DNA from: Acutalibacteraceae bacterium
GTDB lineage: Bacteria; Bacillota; Clostridia; Oscillospirales; Acutalibacteraceae
Direction: 5' to 3'
DNA length: 64,000 nucleotides
NCBI GenBank assembly: GCA_045659065.1
Contig: JAZOWF010000064.1
Span: 169 to 64,168 of the forward strand
The translations under genes and the position numbers were made by a program. The notes under the pieces are model-generated. The model saw only the letters and a list, made by a program, of their open reading frames with translations, was not told the origin of the DNA and ran no database searches. Shown here one piece after another: positions 58,635 to 64,000 of this stretch (its first letter is position 1; each line of letters begins with the position of its first letter).

Positions 58635-58672
58635 ATTTTATCACAATACATCTTACAAACCGCTTACAAATT
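58635..58672 (-). promoter_or_regulatory. Promoter of the giant surface protein gene, with direct-repeat operator
   Basis: Minus strand AATTTGTAAGCGGTTTGTAAG ATGTATTG TGATAAAAT: two TTTGTAAG repeats 11 nt apart abutting the -35 position, then an extended -10. Confidence 0.55.
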
Positions 58673-58683
58673 AAGGAGTAAAT

Positions 58684-58717
58684 AAAAAAAAGACCGCTAA
58701 ATTTTCGGTCTTTTTTT
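58684..58717. terminator. Bidirectional rho-independent terminator after the response regulator gene
   Basis: A-run, AGACCG..CGGTCT, T-run. Confidence 0.7.
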
Positions 58718-58722
58718 GTAAT

Positions 58723-59502
58723 TTATTTGTTGTTTTTGCTCCAAAGCAGGCCGCAGGATTCGTCAGCCCAGCTGTACTGTGTCATATATTCACCCTGAAA
58801 CTCCGGCTGACCCGTTTTAAGATAGGAGTAATAGTCGCAGGAAATTTTACTTGTATCAACAGAATATAGATATCCGTTCTTCTTCAGAACATCCTCTGCT
58901 CCGACCTTTTCAAGAGCCTGACGCACATCAAGCAAAAGCTGATGAAAATAGTTTCTGTTGTTTTCCTTCGTTCCGTCCTCCCAAAGCGCCGCAGCTATCT
59001 CCTTTGAAGATACGTCCGCACCGTTGCGGTCAATAAGAAAGGCAAGCATTTCCTTGCTTTTTGTTCTTTTAAAGGTAAGCTTTTCACCGCCACAGGAAAC
59101 ATCAAAGTTACCGAAGCATTTTGCCTTAAGGATTCCTCTTTCAGTTTTCCTGCCCTTAATAACGTCAATTTCCTTTTGAACGTCCTCTGCTGAAATAGGC
59201 TTTATCAGATAACCGGAGGCATGTATTTTAAAGGCCGAAACTGCATATTCCTCATAACCGGTACAGAAAACAATCTTGCAGTCCGGATGAAGAGCAGTAA
59301 TTCTTTCCGCAAGACCTATACCGTTGATTCCACGCATATTAATATCAAGAAAAGCCACATCGGGTGTATTGATTTCAACCCAGTCAAGTGCCTCATCACA
59401 AATCGAAAAGCCCACTACCTCGTCTATATCCTCCGATGCCCTTACAGCCTTCAAAAGTGCGTAAAGCATAAGAGGTTCATCATCTATTGCTATTGCAATC
59501 AT
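58723..59502 (-). CDS. Response regulator: receiver domain plus SARP/OmpR-type winged-helix DNA-binding domain
   Basis: Receiver (IAIDDEP..DVAFLDINM). C-terminal CFGNFDV..GGEKLTF.RTKSKEMLAFLIDRNG..VSSKEIAAALWED..GYLYSVD matches the SARP-type trans_reg_C pattern. Confidence 0.75.
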   Translation of the reverse strand: MIAIAIDDEPLMLYALLKAVRASEDIDEVVGFSICDEALDWVEINTPDVAFLDINMRGINGIGLAERITALHPDCKIVFCTGYEEYAVSAFKIHASGYLIKPISAEDVQKEIDVIKGRKTERGILKAKCFGNFDVSCGGEKLTFKRTKSKEMLAFLIDRNGADVSSKEIAAALWEDGTKENNRNYFHQLLLDVRQALEKVGAEDVLKKNGYLYSVDTSKISCDYYSYLKTGQPEFQGEYMTQYSWADESCGLLWSKNNK

Positions 59503-61343
59503 CTGTCTGCCTCCTTAGGAATTTCAACTGTTATCTTGGTGCCTACACCGATTATGCTTTCAATGTGCAGAATACCGCCGCACATTGCTTCAAGTCTGCT
59601 TTTGATGTTTCTCAGACCAACGTGATTGTTCTGTCCGAGCTCAGCCACATCAAAGCCGACACCGTTATCCTTTACGCTAATACAGTAGCTGCTGTCGGTT
59701 TCATAGATTTTAACCTTGACTCTGCCGCCCTCTTCTTTTTTGAGAATGCCGTGCTTGATGGCATTTTCAACAATTGGCTGAATTGTTAGTGCAGGCAGAC
59801 TGAAATCACAGCAGGTCATTTCAGTGTCAAATTCAATATCGGGGAACCGTACCTTTTCAATGCTGATATAATACTCAGTGTGCTCAAGCTCCTTTGAAAC
59901 ACGAATAAGCTTGGGGCTGTCAAGCTCACTGAAATTACCTCTGAGATATTTTGAAAAATCATTAACGAGCTTTGCAGCCTTCGGCGGATCGAGCTCACAA
60001 AGCTGCTCAATGCTACCGAGAGTGTTATAAATAAAATGAGGATGAATCTGACTCATCAGAGTTGAAATGCGGCTTTGTACAAGCTCAGCATCAAGTGTGA
60101 TTTTCTCTTTTTCAAGCTGTTCTGCTTTTTTTGCAGCCTTGATGTTTTTAGGAACGATACGCAGGAATGCAATCATTGAAACGATAAAGCCTATAAGAAA
60201 ATAAATTTTTGAAATAAGACCCGTTTGCCATAAGCCGAAATATTCTGCCGCTAAATCAGCCAAAAATCCTGTCAGACCGACTGCTACAAAAAGTAATGAG
60301 AGCTTCTTTCTGCCTGCTGCACTTTTAAGTGAAAACAAAGCCAGCGCTATAAAGATTACGGCAGAGACAGCGGCACCAACAGCCCAGACAGCAATCATAT
60401 CGTAAAAATAAATCCTGCTGAAAAGAGAAATACCAACAAGTGCACTTATGAAAAGTCCGTATAATAAAGCTGCAATCTGCGCCGCCTTTTTCTTTTTGCC
60501 TGTATACAGTTCCTTCATAAGCACGAAAGCAAATAAGAAGTATGTTATAGCCGAAAGACCTGCCGTCATTGTGTTGACAATTACCGTATCGAACCACAGA
60601 TAAAAGGCTTCTGAGGTAAAAAGGAAAAATACACCTGCTGAAAGAATCAGAAGGCCTGCAAAAAAGGATGTTCTGAAGATACCTCTGTAAAGCAGGGCTG
60701 AGAAAATTGCAATACCGAGAACGATAAAGGCGGAAATAATGATTATTATTGCAAGCACCCTTTCACTCTGACCCGAACGCAAAGCAATTTTTTCAGAATA
60801 ATCACTTGCATAAAGCTTGATTGATGAAAGAAACTCATCAACAGCGGTTTCGTTTCCGAAACGGTGATAATTACGGATTACCGCTTCAAAATAACCATCC
60901 TCACCGAAGTATTCTATTACCTGACCCATATGACCGCAGAAATCCTCACCAATGACAGGATTTTCCGTGTCAAAAACATCAGCTATCTGACCGTTGTCGG
61001 TAAAAGCAAGATTTATATGGTTTAAGGAGAATGTCATCAGCGAGCCTTCAGTAAGATTTCCGATAAAGCTTCCGTCCTCCGGGTTGCAGATTTTAAGCAC
61101 ACCCTTTAACATAACATCGCCTTTGGTAGCAGATATATGCTCACCCTCAACAATCGGCTGCCACTCACCGTCACCGATTTTGTATTCACCGACTAATCTG
61201 ATATCGGGTATAATCGCCCATTCTGACTGAGAGTTGTTTACTATACCGCTGAAAAGCATTGCAAAGGATAATGCAAAAAACAGTACCACTGAAACAAAAA
61301 TCAGAATCTGCTTGTCATTTTTTATCTTCATTTGTTCTGGCAT
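59499..61343 (-). CDS. Sensor histidine kinase, LytS/YehU type (His_kinase PF06580-like + HATPase)
   Basis: HPHFIYNTLGSI H-box, NAIKHG, DNGVGF, GLRNI. Extracytoplasmic domain followed by about 6 TM. ATG 61343 with AAGGAG RBS. Confidence 0.8.
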   Translation of the reverse strand: MPEQMKIKNDKQILIFVSVVLFFALSFAMLFSGIVNNSQSEWAIIPDIRLVGEYKIGDGEWQPIVEGEHISATKGDVMLKGVLKICNPEDGSFIGNLTEGSLMTFSLNHINLAFTDNGQIADVFDTENPVIGEDFCGHMGQVIEYFGEDGYFEAVIRNYHRFGNETAVDEFLSSIKLYASDYSEKIALRSGQSERVLAIIIIISAFIVLGIAIFSALLYRGIFRTSFFAGLLILSAGVFFLFTSEAFYLWFDTVIVNTMTAGLSAITYFLFAFVLMKELYTGKKKKAAQIAALLYGLFISALVGISLFSRIYFYDMIAVWAVGAAVSAVIFIALALFSLKSAAGRKKLSLLFVAVGLTGFLADLAAEYFGLWQTGLISKIYFLIGFIVSMIAFLRIVPKNIKAAKKAEQLEKEKITLDAELVQSRISTLMSQIHPHFIYNTLGSIEQLCELDPPKAAKLVNDFSKYLRGNFSELDSPKLIRVSKELEHTEYYISIEKVRFPDIEFDTEMTCCDFSLPALTIQPIVENAIKHGILKKEEGGRVKVKIYETDSSYCISVKDNGVGFDVAELGQNNHVGLRNIKSRLEAMCGGILHIESIIGVGTKITVEIPKEADR

Positions 61344-61449
61344 CAATTATCTCCTTTAATTTCTGTGTTTTTATTTTAGCACAAGATTTCTGTATCCGCA
61401 AATATATTACACGATTTCTATTAAAACATAATTTTTGTGTAACAAAGCT

Positions 61450-61487
61450 ATATTATCACAAAACATCTTACAAAGTTCTTACAAATT
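61450..61487 (-). promoter_or_regulatory. Promoter of the kinase/regulator operon, with direct-repeat operator
   Basis: Minus strand AATTTGTAAGAACTTTGTAAG ATGTTTTG TGATAATAT, nearly identical to 58635..58672. Confidence 0.55.
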
Positions 61488-61540
61488 TATTCCAAAACAG
61501 ATATTTTTTATATATCAACGGGAATCAAGGTGTATCTGTA

Positions 61541-61584
61541 ACAAATAAAAGCAAGAGCGTCAACGCCGACGCTCTTGCTTTTTT
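61541..61584 (-). terminator. Rho-independent terminator of the small ORF
   Basis: GCAAGAGCGTC..GACGCTCTTGC (11 bp) followed by TTTTATTT on the minus strand. Confidence 0.7.
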
Positions 61585-61596
61585 CATCAGTAAGCT

Positions 61597-61785
61597 TTAA
61601 ATAATGTTAGCGGAAAGCAGCAGATCCACAACACAGGACAGAAGAACACACAGACTTTCAAGGATTTTACAAATCAGTGTAAAGAGATTGCTTTCCTGCT
61701 CCTCAGTGTCATTTTCCTCATTATCGATAATTTCACCGTCGGTGAATGTGATATTTGCCTTAGCTTCAGCAAAATCCTGACCCAC
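61597..61785 (-). CDS. Small hypothetical protein (acidic N-half, hydrophobic C-terminal helix)
   Basis: 62 codons from GTG 61785, preceded by GAGGTGAGGAAGG; own terminator. An alternative ATG at 61809 lies inside the RNA module. Confidence 0.45.
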   Translation of the reverse strand: MGQDFAEAKANITFTDGEIIDNEENDTEEQESNLFTLICKILESLCVLLSCVVDLLLSANII

Positions 61786-61792
61786 TGTGCCT

Positions 61793-61863
61793 TCCTCACC
61801 TCGTTTCATCCGCCTCTGGCGGCACTTCGGTGACGAAGCCCGACACGCTCCGCGTGCCTCGGG
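61793..61863 (-). ncRNA. Conserved structured RNA module (copy 2), leader of the small ORF
   Basis: GC hairpin CCCGA-GG-CACGC-GGA-GCGTG-TCGGG, then GTCACCGAAGTG-CCGCC-AGA-GGCGG-ATGAAA-CGAGGTGAGGA. Same length and flanks as 6908..6971, with compensatory stem changes. Confidence 0.45.
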
Positions 61864-61877
61864 TTCAGATTTTTTTA

Positions 61878-61910
61878 TAAAAGAAAAGAACATCACCTCT
61901 GTGATGTTCT
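61878..61910 (-). terminator. Rho-independent terminator of the tRNA operon
   Basis: AGAACATCAC-loop-GTGATGTTCT followed by TTTTCTTTT on the minus strand. Confidence 0.7.
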
Positions 61911-61912
61911 TA

Positions 61913-61988
61913 TGGCAGGGGCAGAAGGGCTCGAACCCTCGGCACGCGGTTTTGGAGACCGCTGCTCTACCAACTGAGCTATACCCCT
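61913..61988 (-). tRNA. tRNA-Trp (anticodon CCA)
   Basis: AGGGGTA TA GCTC AGTTGGTA GAGC A GCGGT CTCCAAA ACCGC GTGCC GAGGG TTCGAGC CCTTC TGCCCCT G CCA. Confidence 0.9.
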
Positions 61989-62001
61989 ATATTAATTTAA
62001 C

Positions 62002-62078
62002 TGGTGGGCCATCAGGGACTCGAACCCCGGACCAACCGGTTATGAGCCGGTTGCTCTAACCAACTGAGCTAATGGCCC
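62002..62078 (-). tRNA. tRNA with CAU anticodon, most likely tRNA-Ile2 (lysidine type)
   Basis: GGGCCAT TA GCTC AGTTGGTTA GAGC A ACCGG CTCATAA CCGGT TGGTC CGGGG TTCGAGT CCCTG ATGGCCC A CCA. D-arm, anticodon loop and TTGGTC variable loop resemble known tRNA-Ile2 more than elongator Met. Confidence 0.85.
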
Positions 62079-62197
62079 AAATTGTCCGTTGACTTGATAA
62101 GTATATCAAAGTATGTATTGTTTGTCAAGAGATTTTTAAGTATTTTTATACCCTTCTTTGATAATTTTAAATTATTCAACTCTCAATCAATACAAGA

Positions 62198-62226
62198 TAA
62201 AAAAGCCACTTCGTAAAGTGGCTTTT
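62198..62226 (-). terminator. Rho-independent terminator of rplL
   Basis: AAAAGCCACTT-loop-AAGTGGCTTTT followed by a T-run on the minus strand. Confidence 0.7.
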
Positions 62227-62246
62227 CATCATTACAAAAGGATAAA

Positions 62247-62624
62247 TTATTTGAGAGTTGCCTTTGCGCCAGCTTCTTCAAGTTTCTTAGCAGCAGCTTC
62301 TGCATCGTCCTTTGACATTGCTTCCTTGATAACCTTGGGAGCGCCGTCAACAGCTTCCTTAGCTTCCTTAAGGCCGAGACCTGTGATTTCACGAACAACC
62401 TTGATAACAGCGATCTTGTTAGCGCCTGTTTCTGTGAGTTCGAGATCGAATTCTGTCTTTTCTTCAACAGCAGCAGCTTCAGCAGCTACGGGACCAGCAG
62501 CAACAACTGCAGCTGCAGCTGATACGCCGAATTCATCTTCAACAGGGTGTACGAGCTCTGAGAGTTCGAGAACTGTGAGAGTCTTAAGTTCTTCAATAAT
62601 AGCAGTAATTTTTTCTGATGCCAT
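62247..62624 (-). CDS. rplL: 50S ribosomal protein L7/L12
   Basis: [47 protein letters not shown] is canonical L7/L12. Confidence 0.95.
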   Translation of the reverse strand: MASEKITAIIEELKTLTVLELSELVHPVEDEFGVSAAAAVVAAGPVAAEAAAVEEKTEFDLELTETGANKIAVIKVVREITGLGLKEAKEAVDGAPKVIKEAMSKDDAEAAAKKLEEAGAKATLK

Positions 62625-62664
62625 GGTAGTTTACCTCCAAGTTTTTGTTATTTTTTAAATTTGA

Positions 62665-63192
62665 TTATGCTTCAGCAGGAGCTTCAGCGGGAGCAGCTTC
62701 GCCGTCTTTATCAACGATAGCCTGAATAGCACGAGCGAATGCTGAGATCGGAGCCTGGAAAGCACCGAGTACGTTTGCAAGAAGAATTTCACGTGAGGGA
62801 AGCTTAGCAAGACCTGAGATCTTTTCTACGCCGATAACTTCCTTGTCGATGAAACCGTTCTTAATTTCGAAACCTTTGTGTGTGTCTGCAAACTTGCTGA
62901 GAATGCGAGCTGCAGCAACGTAATCATCTGCACTTGTTGCGATAGCTGTTGTACCTTCAAGTACTGAATCAAGACCGTTGAGTTCAGTTCCGCCGATTGC
63001 AAGACGAAGAATAGTGTTCTTTACAACTGTGTATTCAACACCTGCTTCACGGAGCTCCTTACGGAGTGCTGTGTCGTCTGCAACAGTGATACCCTTGTAA
63101 TCAACGATAACACCTGCGATTGAGCTGTTTAGTCTTTCAGTAAGAGCTGCAACAACCTGCTTTTTCTGTTCTAAAACGATAGCGCTGGGCAA
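62665..63192 (-). CDS. rplJ: 50S ribosomal protein L10
   Basis: 175 aa, TTG start with AGGAGGTG RBS, immediately upstream of rplL; typical L10 sequence. Confidence 0.9.
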   Translation of the reverse strand: MPSAIVLEQKKQVVAALTERLNSSIAGVIVDYKGITVADDTALRKELREAGVEYTVVKNTILRLAIGGTELNGLDSVLEGTTAIATSADDYVAAARILSKFADTHKGFEIKNGFIDKEVIGVEKISGLAKLPSREILLANVLGAFQAPISAFARAIQAIVDKDGEAAPAEAPAEA

Positions 63193-63376
63193 ATGAATTC
63201 ACCTCCTGTAATATTTTGTACCCTTGGTGTTAGAAATAAGAAAACCCTTCCACTCATACCGAGTGAAAGGGTGACATAGTTAATTTAGAGTAATTCTAAA
63301 TAAATTATGCTCCGTTCCTCGGCAGGCGGCTTTTCAGCCATTAAGTCTGACACCTGCTGTCTTAGGGTTGGACAGC
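63193..63376 (-). promoter_or_regulatory. rplJ (L10) leader with intrinsic attenuator
   Basis: ~180-nt 5'UTR between the promoter and rplJ. Contains the GGCTGAAAAGCC hairpin and a terminator-like hairpin ACCCTT-CACTC-GGTAT-GAGTG-AAGGGT + TTTCTTATTT (63241..63275), as expected for the Firmicute L10 leader. Confidence 0.6.
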
Positions 63377-63382
63377 TTTATT

Positions 63383-63411
63383 ATAATACCACATCACTTT
63401 CGTGATGTCAA
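63383..63411 (-). promoter_or_regulatory. Sigma-A promoter of rplJL
   Basis: Minus strand TTGACA (63411..63406), 17 nt, TATTAT (63388..63383). Confidence 0.55.
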
Positions 63412-63425
63412 GTATTATTTTTAAA

Positions 63426-64000
63426 TTATTTTGCTTCAGCAGCTGAGCCAACCTTGTTGGGGTTGATCTTAACGCCGGGGCCCATTGTTGCTGTAACAAC
63501 ACATGAACGGATGTACTGACCCTTTGCTGCAGCAGGCTTAGCCTTGATGATAGCATCGAGGAGAGTTGTGAAGTTCTCGTTGAGCTTTTCAACTCCGAAT
63601 GAAGCCTTACCGATGGGGCAGTGAATGATGTTTGTTTTGTCAAGACGGTATTCAATCTTACCTGCCTTAGCTTCAGTAACAGCCTGAGCTACGTTAGGAG
63701 TAACAGTACCTGCCTTGGGGCTGGGCATAAGTCCACGGGGACCGAGAACCTTACCGAGACGTCCAACAAGACCCATCATGCTGGGGTGTGCGATTGCAAC
63801 GTCGAAATCCATCCAGCCTTCGCCCTGGATCTTTGCAACGAGGTCTTCAGCGCCTACTACTTCAGCACCTGCAGCCTCTGCTGCCTTTGCTTCTTCGCCC
63901 TTAGCGAAAACAGCAACACGAACAGTTTTACCTGTACCGTTGGGAAGAACAACTGCGCCACGAACCTGCTGATCAGCATGACGTGAGTCAACGCCGAGAC
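63426..64000 (-). CDS. rplA: 50S ribosomal protein L1, C-terminal part (gene continues past window end)
   Basis: ..[45 protein letters not shown] is canonical L1. The frame stays open to position 64000. Confidence 0.9.
   Translation of the reverse strand, partial: LGVDSRHADQQVRGAVVLPNGTGKTVRVAVFAKGEEAKAAEAAGAEVVGAEDLVAKIQGEGWMDFDVAIAHPSMMGLVGRLGKVLGPRGLMPSPKAGTVTPNVAQAVTEAKAGKIEYRLDKTNIIHCPIGKASFGVEKLNENFTTLLDAIIKAKPAAAKGQYIRSCVVTATMGPGVKINPNKVGSAAEAK

Noticed and set aside
61597-61896. 99-aa version of the small ORF starting at 61896
   Set aside because: The first 37 codons read through the tRNA-Trp terminator hairpin and the structured RNA module. The GTG at 61785, with a strong SD, is the plausible start.

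Overview
This looks like a chromosomal segment of a low-GC, spore-forming Firmicute (Clostridia-like; no finer taxonomy can be supported from sequence alone). It is mostly housekeeping and cell-envelope genes.

Gene content, in window order:
- recA 5' end, rpmB, a thioredoxin, and a GH38/GH18 glycosidase pair.
- tRNA-Pro, followed by a GC-rich tRNA-derived element.
- The ylbJ / yqfC-yqfD-phoH-ybeY-dgkA-tcdA sporulation and ribosome-maturation block, then rnhA and a GerA/SpoVAF-type protein.
- A complete nine-gene V-type ATPase operon, headed by a Ser/Thr-kinase-like gene.
- A teichoic-acid-type polymer locus: two TagF-family enzymes, an IspD/TarI-like cytidylyltransferase and an SDR.
- A sortase-dependent pilus operon: signal peptidase, 1.57k-aa tip adhesin, major pilin, class C sortase, minor pilin, second sortase.
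- A sigma-factor-less partner-switching operon (sensor PP2C/anti-sigma-kinase fusion, STAS, HD hydrolase, STAS-APH kinase fusion), preceded by two orphan genes.
- A 1711-aa repeat-rich surface protein next to a LytS-type kinase / SARP-type response regulator pair.
- tRNA-Trp and tRNA-Ile2(CAU), then rplL-rplJ with the L10 leader, and the rplA 3' part.

No CRISPR array, transposase, integrase or prophage genes were seen.

The most interesting signals are non-coding or architectural:
1. A conserved approx. 45-nt RNA module occurs twice, each time directly after a tRNA terminator, and its internal hairpin is maintained by compensatory base changes.
2. A promoter module with 11-bp-phased TTTGTAAG direct repeats recurs at three promoters. 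This defines a probable regulon of the SARP-type response regulator.
3. A tightly packed operon couples two unknown proteins to a partner-switching module whose outputs are an HD (alarmone-hydrolase-like) protein and a STAS-kinase fusion.
4. tRNA-Pro has a 3'-end duplication enclosing a GC-rich insert.
5. An unassigned approx. 200-nt GC-rich structured element follows the DUF1292 gene.
6. The kinase-like gene overlapping the V-ATPase operon lacks the catalytic Asp.

All family assignments are from motif recognition by eye; no database search was run.
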